Positions 55,401 to 64,000 of a stretch of DNA of 64,000 nt are shown piece after piece (within the stretch, counting starts at the first letter, position 1; each line of letters opens with the position of its first letter). Source of the stretch: an uncultured bacterium (GTDB lineage Bacteria > Patescibacteriota > Minisyncoccia > UBA6257 > 2-01-FULL-56-20); contig OY970358.1 of NCBI GenBank assembly GCA_963718575.1, forward strand, positions 194,172-258,171. The letters are read 5' to 3'. The position numbers and the translations under genes are program-made. A model generated the notes under the pieces. It had not been told where the DNA came from, did no database searches, and worked only from the letters and a program-made list of their open reading frames with translations.

Positions 55401-56744
55401 ATGAAACTCCAGACCCGCAAGCGCATATTCTATGTGTTTATTCTTTTATTCGTCGTGATCGGCGCGGCCGTCGTGCTCTATGCCGAGGGGTGGCGACTCA
55501 ATCTCTCCACGCTCGAGGCCGAAAAAGCGGGCGGTATTTACGTCCGCTCCTACCCCGACGACGCGCAGATCGCCCTTAACGGAAAATCTGTTCCGAACCA
55601 ATCCGCATTTCTGAGCCGCGGAACGTTTATCTCCGGCCTTTTCCCAAAGACGTATACCCTTCAGCTCTCGGCGGCCGGATACGACGCCTGGACCGAAAAT
55701 ACGCAGGTCGTCCCCTCGCTTGTCGCGGAAATGAAATATGCCGTGCTCGTGCCAAAAACGGCGACGAATATCGCGACGACGACCGCAGCGGTAAGCGATT
55801 TCTTTGAGACGGACGGGCAGACGATCGTCACCGATTCCAGCGCGACGATCTCGTGGCTTGGGAAGATCATCGGATACGGCACCGTAGTGAGCCACAGCGC
55901 CGACCTCAGAACCGCGGTCATTCGTACGATCAGCGCGAAGACGGGTGCGACAACCTATTCTTTTTATGATTTCACCACCGCTACAAGCACCAATCTTTCC
56001 GCGCTGCTACGACAGTCGGATATCCGGTCCACGCCGACGACAAACGTATTCGTCGATCCGTACGATGATACAAACATCATCACCCAGACCCCGGCGCAGA
56101 TTGTGGCAATCGACTCGGACACCCATCGCACGACCGTCGTCGACACGGCGCCCGCAGGAGAGACGATCGAGTCTCCCATCGCCATGTCGCCGTCGGTCAT
56201 GGCATGGGCGCGCTATGCCAACGCATCCGACACGTCGCAAATCGTGATCTACGACAAATTTTCCGGCGACACGACCGATGATTCACTCAGGATCATCGGC
56301 CCGGTAAAACAGCTCGCATGGGTGCGGAATGATGTGCTGGGTATCCTTGCAAGCGACAACACGCTCTATCTTTACAATGTACCGAACGAACAGCTTTCCA
56401 CGCTCGCGAATGACGTGAAACAATTCTATCCCACGAGCGACGGCACCGCGGTCGCGGCGCTCGAATATGACAGCCTCGAGGTTTTCTCTTTCACCACGCA
56501 GGATTACTATCGTTTCGCCCTCCCCGACATCGCGGATGTGCAAGGGCTCGTCTGGTATAAAGACGAGGCACATCTTTTTGTGCAATATTCGGACCACGTT
56601 GCCTTCCTCGATCTCGCCGATACCAACCTGAAAAATCTCACGACCGTATCAGCGGGAACGGACGCCTCCTACGATCCGCAGGAAAACGCGCTCTATCTTA
56701 TCGATCAGGGGCAGAAACTGCTTCGCTTCGATTTCCCGAATTAA
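55401..56744 (+). CDS. Membrane-anchored PEGA-domain protein with C-terminal beta-rich (propeller-like) region
   Basis: N-terminal TM helix. ...VRSYPDDAQIALNGKSVPNQSAF...TYTLQLSAAGYDAW resembles a PEGA domain. 12 nt after the coiled-coil gene. Confidence 0.45.
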   Translation: MKLQTRKRIFYVFILLFVVIGAAVVLYAEGWRLNLSTLEAEKAGGIYVRSYPDDAQIALNGKSVPNQSAFLSRGTFISGLFPKTYTLQLSAAGYDAWTENTQVVPSLVAEMKYAVLVPKTATNIATTTAAVSDFFETDGQTIVTDSSATISWLGKIIGYGTVVSHSADLRTAVIRTISAKTGATTYSFYDFTTATSTNLSALLRQSDIRSTPTTNVFVDPYDDTNIITQTPAQIVAIDSDTHRTTVVDTAPAGETIESPIAMSPSVMAWARYANASDTSQIVIYDKFSGDTTDDSLRIIGPVKQLAWVRNDVLGILASDNTLYLYNVPNEQLSTLANDVKQFYPTSDGTAVAALEYDSLEVFSFTTQDYYRFALPDIADVQGLVWYKDEAHLFVQYSDHVAFLDLADTNLKNLTTVSAGTDASYDPQENALYLIDQGQKLLRFDFPN

Positions 56745-57261
56745 CATCGTTTGACACGTGGCGCCGCGCGCGCACGAGCAATTCCTTCTGCACAAGCCGC
56801 GCCTTCGTCTTCCCCACCGCCGGCAAGACGATCTTGTTATGCACCGGATCGTGCTCCGAACCGATCATCGTGATGATAATCTGGCTCACGCCCGCCATGC
56901 GGTCGAGCGGGCCGCGCTGGATGCTCACATTCTGGATCTGGTGATACAGCGCCGCAAGCTCGGTGCGCATGATATATCCCTGCGTCATGATGAACGCTTC
57001 ATCGGTGAACATATAAGTATAAAAGCGATATTCCAGATAGGTCCACAAGAGGATCGCGAGGAAATAGAGCGCGCTCACGAGCGCCAATATCTTTGCTCCG
57101 TAATCCAAAAACGGCCCGTAAAACGCCGGTGCCCATCGCTCGCCATACCACACCGCCGCGGTGAGCGCGAACAAAAAGATGACGAGCTTGATCCGCTTCG
57201 AAAGAAAGAGAATGAATGCGCGCCTGCCGAGCGAATGCTTCCGTTGGTTTTCCATCCCCAT
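56698..57261 (-). CDS. Bacterial PH-domain (YdbS/YdbT-like, DUF304) membrane protein
   Basis: Two N-terminal TM helices followed by ...YTYMFTDEAFIMTQGYIMRTELAALYHQIQNVSIQRGPLDRMAGVSQIII.... Confidence 0.55.
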   Translation of the reverse strand: MGMENQRKHSLGRRAFILFLSKRIKLVIFLFALTAAVWYGERWAPAFYGPFLDYGAKILALVSALYFLAILLWTYLEYRFYTYMFTDEAFIMTQGYIMRTELAALYHQIQNVSIQRGPLDRMAGVSQIIITMIGSEHDPVHNKIVLPAVGKTKARLVQKELLVRARRHVSNDVNSGNRSEAVSAPDR

Positions 57262-57286
57262 GATATACTATAAGTATAGCATCCAC

Positions 57287-57742
57287 ATGAAACTTCCCCA
57301 TTCGCTCCGGGCGATCATTCTTTTGCTCCGCATCGCGCTCGGGCTCAACTTCTTCTATCTCGGCTTCAGCGTGCTGTTCAATCACGAACTCGGCACGCAG
57401 ATCCGCGCGCAGTCGTTCGGCAATCTCTATTCGTGGCTCGCCGCGCCAGTGGTGCAAGGCGGCTGGGTGCAGCCCGTCGCGCAATGGGCATTCCTCATCA
57501 TCGGTATCTGCCTCATGGTCGGGCTCCTCACGCGCCTGGCGTCGATCGCGGGCATCGTTCTCACACTGCTCAGCTACCTGCCGACCGTGAGCTATGCCGC
57601 GCTCAGCGTCTCGCAATTCATCAACGATGAAGTGATCGTCGTCATCTGTCTGCTCATTCTCGTCTTTGCGAACGCGGGGAGCTATCTCGGCCTAGATACA
57701 TTCATTCATTTTCACAGACCAACAAAGAAAGCGAAGGAATAG
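57287..57742 (+). CDS. DoxX family membrane protein
   Basis: Start chosen at MKLPHSLRAIILLLRIALGLNFFYLG. 4 TM helices. Confidence 0.6.
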   Translation: MKLPHSLRAIILLLRIALGLNFFYLGFSVLFNHELGTQIRAQSFGNLYSWLAAPVVQGGWVQPVAQWAFLIIGICLMVGLLTRLASIAGIVLTLLSYLPTVSYAALSVSQFINDEVIVVICLLILVFANAGSYLGLDTFIHFHRPTKKAKE

Positions 57743-57881
57743 CTGAGGTATTTCTTTAAGAGAAATTTAACCCGCTGCAGGTAGTATTAAATAATGATTA
57801 AAAGATATTTGACGACTATTCCTTTTTGCTATATTAAAATAGCGGGTGGCAATCCGGAGTCAGCACCGTGTTGGACCGAAT

Positions 57882-57913
57882 AAAAAAGGACTCATAACTG
57901 GGTCCTTTTTTAT
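57882..57913. terminator. Bidirectional intrinsic terminator aaaaaagga-ctcataa-ctgggtcc-tttttt
   Basis: Lies between convergent doxX-like and eno. Confidence 0.65.
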
Positions 57914-57931
57914 TACTATCCCCTCGTGGAA

Positions 57932-59128
57932 TTATTTCCCTGCCTCGATCTCCAATAACCGGTTATACTTTGCAACGCGCTCGCCGCGCGCAGGAGCGCC
58001 GAGCTTGAAGCCGTCGGCCGCGACGCCGTAGGCAAAGTCGGCGATGAAGTCGTCGTTCGTCTCGCCGCTGCGATGCGACACGACGACCGCCCAGCGATAG
58101 TGCCGCGCCAGGCGCACCGCATTCAGCGTTTCCGTGACGGTTCCGATCTGGTTCGGCTTGATGATGATCGCATTCACGCTCCCCTTCGCCTCTGCGAATT
58201 CCATGCGATCGGTGTTCGTGGTCGTAAGGTCATCTCCTGCAACCCACACCGTTGACTTCCCTTTTATATTGTTCGCCGCCGTGAACGCCGCAAAATTTTT
58301 GAAATCATTCTCGCCGAACGGATCCTCTATATATATCGGCGAATATTCTTTGATCAGCTTTTTATACGTATTGCTCAATTGCTGACGCGAAAGGCCTTTG
58401 ATGTCCGTCGCGGCGGCATCAATGCCGAAATCGATCTTTTTATCCAATTTTAATTTCCTGGCAACCGCGCGAAGCATCTGAAGTGGCTCAAGGTCATTCT
58501 TGAAGTTCGGCGCAAAGCCGCCTTCGTCGCCAAGGTTCGCCGCGCCGCGGCCTTTGGCCCTCACAAGCGCTGCGCCAAGCGCGTGATAGATCGCCGTGCC
58601 GATATCGATCGATTCTTTAAATGTTCTCGCGCGCGGAATGATCAAATATTCCTGAAAATGCAGATTGTTGCCCGCGTGCAGACCGCCGTTCACCACGTTC
58701 ATAAAAAGGCGGGGATGGAGCGTTTTTGCCGTGGGATCAACCCAAATGCCATAGACCTCACGGATGTGCTTCCAGAGCGGCGCTTTCTTGGTGCGCGCGG
58801 TGGCGCGAAGGAACGCGACCGAGACCGCAAGGATGGCGTTCGCGCCGAGGCGCGATTTGCTCGCGGTACCATCAAGCCGCACGAGAAACTCGTCGAGCGC
58901 CGCCTGATCGAAAAAATCTTTATGGATGATCCGCGTGGCAATCGTCATATTGACATTACGCACCGCCGCTGCCGCCGGCAGGGCGCGCGCTTCGGTTGCG
59001 CCGGTGCTCTTGCCCTGCGGTACCGAGGCCGTCGCGCGGACGCCATTTTGCAGCGTGAGTGAAACTTCCATGGTCCATTGTCCGCGGGAATCAAGAATGG
59101 GGCGCGCGACGAGCGAACTTACTTTCAT
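57932..59128 (-). CDS. eno: Enolase
   Basis: ...ARPILDSRGQWTMEVSL... and VSHRSGETNDDFIADFAYG. 398 aa, intact. Confidence 0.9.
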   Translation of the reverse strand: MKVSSLVARPILDSRGQWTMEVSLTLQNGVRATASVPQGKSTGATEARALPAAAAVRNVNMTIATRIIHKDFFDQAALDEFLVRLDGTASKSRLGANAILAVSVAFLRATARTKKAPLWKHIREVYGIWVDPTAKTLHPRLFMNVVNGGLHAGNNLHFQEYLIIPRARTFKESIDIGTAIYHALGAALVRAKGRGAANLGDEGGFAPNFKNDLEPLQMLRAVARKLKLDKKIDFGIDAAATDIKGLSRQQLSNTYKKLIKEYSPIYIEDPFGENDFKNFAAFTAANNIKGKSTVWVAGDDLTTTNTDRMEFAEAKGSVNAIIIKPNQIGTVTETLNAVRLARHYRWAVVVSHRSGETNDDFIADFAYGVAADGFKLGAPARGERVAKYNRLLEIEAGK

Positions 59129-60138
59129 ACTTGCGGCTTCACAACGTTGATCGGCGCGCCGGTGGCAAAGGCGACGATGTTATCGATCGTGGTATCGAGG
59201 ATGCGGATGAACGCCTCGTGCGTGTTGAACGCGTTGTGCGGCGTGACGATCACGTTCGGCATCGCGATGAGCTCCGCGTCTGCGCTCATATCCCCCGCTT
59301 TCATCGTTGCCTCCTCTTCAAGCACATCGATACCCGCGCCTGCGAGCGTGCCGCTCGTGAGCGCCACCACAAACGCCGGCGTCTCCACGATCGCGCCGCG
59401 CGCGGTGTTGATCAGGATCGCGCCTTTCTTTATCAACCCAACATTGCTCATATTGATAAGATGATGCGTCGATGGAAGATACGGCGCATGGATCGTGATG
59501 ACGTCGCTCGTCTTGAGCAGATCTTCGAGTGAAAGATATTGAAAGTCCATCTCTTTTGCGAACGCGTCATCGTGATACACGTCATACGCAACGATCTTCA
59601 TCCCAAATCCCTTTGCCATGCGCACCGCATGCTTGCCGATGCGGCCGGTGCCCACGACGCCGATCGTCTTGCCAGCGAGGTCGAAGCCGCACAGGCCGTC
59701 GGTCGTGAACTTGTGCTCGTCGCGCACGCGCGCGTTCGCCTGGATGACCTTGCGAGAGAGAGCGAGGATCAGCGCGAATGCAAATTCGGCGACGGTATTT
59801 TCGCCATACGCCGGTACGGACGACACCGGAATCCCCCGCGCGGCAGCGGCGGCGAGATCGATATGATCGTAGCCCGTGGAAAGCGTCGTCACGAACTTGA
59901 GCTCCGGTAGCGCCGCGATCACTGCCGCATCCACCGGCGAATCCATAAACACCCCCGCGATATCAAAATTCGTGGCACCACCTGCCTGGGCCGTCGCCGG
60001 AATTTTATCCTTACTTAATATATCGTCAACGAACGCCACCTCCACGCCCGCGGTTTTCAATTTCTCACTCCCCGAAAGATACGACTTTGCCTCGTCTCCC
60101 CACCGCTCACAATTGAAGAACATTACTTTGTGTGCCAT
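59125..60138 (-). CDS. D-isomer-specific 2-hydroxyacid dehydrogenase (D-lactate/glycerate dehydrogenase family)
   Basis: GVVGTGRIG NAD-binding motif. Start chosen at MAHKVMF. TATAAT lies 6 nt upstream (leaderless). Overlaps eno start by 4 nt. Confidence 0.8.
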   Translation of the reverse strand: MAHKVMFFNCERWGDEAKSYLSGSEKLKTAGVEVAFVDDILSKDKIPATAQAGGATNFDIAGVFMDSPVDAAVIAALPELKFVTTLSTGYDHIDLAAAAARGIPVSSVPAYGENTVAEFAFALILALSRKVIQANARVRDEHKFTTDGLCGFDLAGKTIGVVGTGRIGKHAVRMAKGFGMKIVAYDVYHDDAFAKEMDFQYLSLEDLLKTSDVITIHAPYLPSTHHLINMSNVGLIKKGAILINTARGAIVETPAFVVALTSGTLAGAGIDVLEEEATMKAGDMSADAELIAMPNVIVTPHNAFNTHEAFIRILDTTIDNIVAFATGAPINVVKPQV

Positions 60139-60341
60139 AGGGGTATTATACAACAAAAAACCACTGACTGATGGCTTTTGAAGTTGGGAGGTCGTTTAAT
60201 CTTTGCTGTGAATAAAATCCGAGAGTATCTGTCCTGGATTCGAACCCGTTTCTCCTGTTTAGCAAAACAAGATCCTACCGACATAGACGACCGGCCCATG
60301 TCAGAATAAAACAATGGCCATGAAAACTATCTAAAACAAAA

Positions 60342-60371
60342 ACAGCCACATATTGTGGCTGCCCTTGCTGC
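60342..60371 (-). terminator. Intrinsic terminator (cagccacatattgtggctg + T-run on minus strand) 3' of ppsA
   Basis: Seen in sequence. Confidence 0.6.
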
Positions 60372-60471
60372 TAAACAGGATTTTCGTCCACGGTCTCCGT
60401 GGAACCTTGTTTCCTAACTATCATACCGTTTGCAACTAAAACGTCAAATAAGATTTAATGAAAATTTAATC

Positions 60472-62966
60472 TTATTTCCCGCGCCCACGCTTCCCCTTCA
60501 TCTTCGCCTCCTCCTTTGCGATGGCGATCGTGGTTGGTACGACGGTGTCGGGATTCAAAGAGATGCTCTCGATGCCGCGCGTCACGAGGAATTGCGCAAA
60601 GTCGGGATAGTCGGACGGCGCTTGGCCGCAGATGCCGATGTACTTCTTCCGCGCGAGACATTTCTTGATAATGTCTGCCGATCAGGGTCTTCACCGCCTC
60701 GTTGTTCTCGTTCGCGATCTTTGTGACGATGCCGGAATCGCGATCGAGTCCGAGCGTGAGTTGCGTGAGATCGTTCGAGCCGATGGACATACCGTCAAAG
60801 ATGTCGAGGAATTTGTCCGCGAGTAACACGTTCGACGGGATCTCGCACATCACATAGATCGGCGTCGTCGCCTGCTTCGCGCCAAGCCGGAATTTCTTTG
60901 CGACGCCCTTCGCGCCGCGATGCACAATGTAATTTGTCACCAAACCCGCCTCTGCCATCGTCTCCTGCACCTTGATGCCTTCATCCACCGTGCGGCAGAA
61001 CGGCACCATCGGGATCACGTTCGTGAGGCCCATCTCCTCACGCACCATCTTCATTGCGGCGGCCTCCATCATGAACGCAGGCTTGAACTTGGGATCATAG
61101 TACCGCGATGCGCCGCGCCAACCGATCATTGGATTCTCCTCGCGCGGTTCATACGCCTCGCCGCCGAGCAACGTACGATACTCGTTTGTCTTGAAATCCG
61201 AGAAGCGCACGATCACTTTGCGCGGCCAGAACGCCGCGCCGATCTTTGCGATACCGTACGCAAGATTATCGGTGTAATACTGCTTTGGATCTTTCCAACC
61301 GGCGATCTTCTTTTCGATCGCGGCGCGCACGATCGGCGTCTGCGTCCCTTACGTTGAGCATCGCCATCGGATGCATGCCGATCTTTGAAGCGATGATGAA
61401 CTCCTCGCGCGCGAGGCCCACGCCGTCATTCGGCAGGAACGATATCTCGAATGCGCTGTCCGCGACCGCCACATTCACCATCACTTTCGTTTTCGTTTTT
61501 GGAATCTTTTTCAGGTCGTGTTCCACCACCTTGAATTTGAGCGCGCCCTTATAAATATTGCCGCCGCTGCCCGTGGTATCCACTGTGATCTCCTCGCCGG
61601 TCTTGATGAGCTTCGTCGCCTTTTCCGTTCCCACGATCGCCGGGATGCCAAGCTCGCGGCTGACGATCGCCGCGTGCGACGTGCGTCCGCCCTTGTCCGT
61701 CACGATCGCCGACGCCATCTTCATGATCGGTTCCCAGTCCGGGTCGGTCATCGTCGTCACGAGCACCTCGCCCTTCTTGAAATCACCGATGTGCTTCGCC
61801 TCCAGAATGATATGCGCCTTGCCGACGGCGATCTTCGATCCCACCGACGCGCCGGTCAGGATCGCGGGCTTCGTTTCCTGCGGAATATATTCTTTTAACT
61901 TTGAAAAGTCGCGGCCGGCCTGGATCGTTTCCGGGCGCGCCTGCACGATGAAGAGCTCGCCCGTCACGCCGTCCTTCGCCCATTCCATATCCATCGGCGT
62001 CCACTTTTTATAGTGGTCGGTGTAGTGCTTCTCTATCATAGTGCCCCACGTGGCGAGCTGTGCCACTTCCTTATCGCTCAGCACGAACGTGTCGCGCTCC
62101 TCCTCGCTCGTGTTCACGATCTTTGTCTGTTGGATACTCGAAACAGCGGTGCCAGTATGCGGATGATAGATCATCTTGCGCAACTTCACCCCGAGCTTCT
62201 TTTCGATGATCGGGCGCTTTGCCTTCGCCGCAAGGCCTTCTTTCCAGACAATGAACTCGTCCGGCGTCACCTCGCCCTTCACGATCATCTCGCCAAGACC
62301 CCACGAGCCGTTGATGATGACAATATCCTTGAAACCGGATTCCGTGTCCACCGAGAACATGACGCCGGAGCACGCCTTGTCCGAGCGCACCATCTTCTGC
62401 ACGCCCGCGCTCAACGCGATCTTCAAGTGGTCAAAGCCGCGATCCGCGCGATATGAGATCGCGCGATCGGTAAACAAAGATGCCATGGTCGCGCGGACCG
62501 CGACGGCAACCTCCTTTGCGCCGCGGATGCCGAGGTAGCTCTCCTGCTCGCCCGCGAAGCTCGCGCCCGGCAGGTCCTCCGCGGTCGCGGACGACCGCAC
62601 CGCCACGTCGGCGTTCTTGCCATAGCGCTTTTCGATAAAGTTGCGATACGCAGCAACGATCTCCTCATCCAGATCTTTCGGAAATTCCGTCGCAACGATC
62701 TTTTCGCGAATCAGCTTGCCCACGCGCTCAAGCTCCTTCAAATTCTTTGTATTCAAACCTTTTAATGTTTCTTTGATGAACTTATCAAGCCCGGTGCTCG
62801 CCAAGAAATAGTAATAGCCGTCGGCAGTGACGGTAAATCCCGAAGGTACCGGCACGCCCTTTGCGCCGAGCGTGCGGATCATTTCGCCCAACGATGCATT
62901 CTTTCCTCCGACCATCCCGACATCCTTGATCCCGACTTCTTCGAATTTTAATATATATTTTTTCAT
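60472..62966 (-). CDS. ppsA: Phosphoenolpyruvate synthase, interrupted by two apparent 1-nt indels (~61335 and ~60678)
   Basis: N-terminal [11 protein letters not shown]. Middle ...[34 protein letters not shown]...[22 protein letters not shown]-terminal ...[17 protein letters not shown]...SLNPDTV* is readable only after switching frames twice. Confidence 0.85.
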
Positions 62967-63001
62967 AATTTTTTGGTTAATTAATAGTTATTATTCGATC
63001 G

Positions 63002-64000
63002 TTACTCCTTTAATCCGATGATGAGATCAGAGACATTCGATCCTGTGTCTCCGGTCATCAGATAATTCCCGACTTTTTCAAAAAACGGATAGGTGTCGTT
63101 CGCCATGCGAAATTTCTCCGGATCCATCCCGACGGCCGCTGCCGCCGTTTTTGTCATCGTGTCACAAATGGCTCCCGCAAACGCACCATGATCCCGACCA
63201 TCCGACGCAAGCGATAGTATTTCCTCGCCGGGATGTATGAATCGCAGGGCGGAAGCGCAAAGCTGCAAATTCCGTCCGCCGCGTCCGTCCGGATTGCGCA
63301 CCGTCACCGTCGTTTCGCCGGCCCAGAGCAATACCGAATGTGCCGGCGCCGCGTGGACCGCTGACGCGATCATTTCACCGACATCATCGGCGTTCCCCGT
63401 CAATTCGCTCCCGCGGATATCGACGCTGAAGCCGATCCTCTCCGCCGCGGTCTTCATTCCTTCAAGGGCGTGACGATTGGAAACCACTAATAGGTTCGAC
63501 ACATGCTCAAAATATTTATCCTCTTTTGGCGTTTCGATCAACCCGCACGCCGAGATATGGCAAGTCTGTAATACGTTGAACTTTGCGAGGATGGCTTCCG
63601 CATCGGCGATCGTCGTCGTATCCTTCACCGTCGGCCCGGACGCGATGGACGAAACATCATTGCCAACCACGTCCGAAAATATGAGCGATACGACGCGCGC
63701 GGGATACGCGTCCTTCGCCAGATTGCCGCCGCGGGCATACGAAAGATGCTTGCGTACGATATTGATCTCCTGGATCGTGGCGCCCGCGTCGATCAATGCC
63801 GTCATGATCGGCACCTCTTCCCTGCTCGCCTTGTCCTCCGGCAAGAATAATAATGTCGATCCGCCGCCGGAAATCACGCATATGACGAGGTCCTTTTCCG
63901 TGAGCCCATTGAGCACGTCGACGATCGCCGTGGCGGCCTGCAGATTCTCGGTGGATGGCAGCGGATGCGTACCGCAGAACGTCCTGATGCGTCCGAGCTC
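63002..64000 (-). CDS. Glycerate kinase (MOFRL/GckA family), N-terminus beyond window end
   Basis: ...VICVISGGGSTLL...LLWAGETTVTVRNPDGRGGRNLQ... matches the MOFRL pattern. ORF remains open to the window edge. Confidence 0.8.
   Translation of the reverse strand, partial: ELGRIRTFCGTHPLPSTENLQAATAIVDVLNGLTEKDLVICVISGGGSTLLFLPEDKASREEVPIMTALIDAGATIQEINIVRKHLSYARGGNLAKDAYPARVVSLIFSDVVGNDVSSIASGPTVKDTTTIADAEAILAKFNVLQTCHISACGLIETPKEDKYFEHVSNLLVVSNRHALEGMKTAAERIGFSVDIRGSELTGNADDVGEMIASAVHAAPAHSVLLWAGETTVTVRNPDGRGGRNLQLCASALRFIHPGEEILSLASDGRDHGAFAGAICDTMTKTAAAAVGMDPEKFRMANDTYPFFEKVGNYLMTGDTGSNVSDLIIGLKE

Noticed and set aside
60225-60300. tRNA-like T-loop motif (GGTTCGAATCC on the minus strand) flanked by imperfect inverted repeats between ppsA and the dehydrogenase gene
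   Set aside because: No acceptor, D or anticodon arm could be folded around it. It is likely a fortuitous motif or a degraded tRNA fragment. It lies between the ppsA terminator and the leaderless dehydrogenase promoter.

Overview
This 64-kb window comes from a roughly 58% GC bacterial genome. The gene repertoire is reduced and resembles CPR/Patescibacteria; that is an inference from content (type IV pilin with LamG, SET and zf-UBP proteins, few biosynthesis genes), not a database result. The left third carries the S10/spc ribosomal-protein cluster (rplX…rplC, rpsJ) and the str cluster (rpsL-rpsG-fusA, tuf), all on the minus strand. Both normally contiguous operons are split by inserted cargo. 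A 4.4-kb block of 7 genes sits between rpsJ and rplC: NUDIX, SAM-methyltransferase, alpha/beta-hydrolase, LiaF-like and His-rich membrane proteins, a coiled-coil protein and a beta-propeller glycosidase-like protein. A 3.5-kb block sits between tuf and fusA: bifunctional-nuclease-like, TspO, a RelE/Phd toxin-antitoxin pair and a DUF45 metallopeptidase. A low-GC island beside tRNA-Cys carries an ABC-type ATPase plus a TOPRIM (DUF4276-like) partner resembling split OLD/AbiL/PARIS-type defence modules, followed by a ParB-like protein and an ECF sigma factor. The remainder encodes tRNAs (Cys, Arg, Lys, Glu, Pro), recG, a GT2 synthase, pilin-LamG, tsaD, uppP, xseAB, tgt, valS, hsp20, rpmB, a kinase-like protein, a VIT transporter, eno, a 2-hydroxyacid dehydrogenase, ppsA and a partial glycerate kinase. 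Three things stand out. First, many single-base frameshifts interrupt essential genes (rplP, rplV, rplB, rplW, rplD, tuf twice, ppsA twice). Second, there are two repeat families with covarying stems and conserved cores. Third, promoters are very often near-leaderless. All coordinates were derived by hand from the printed sequence and may be off by 1-2 nt for non-CDS features.
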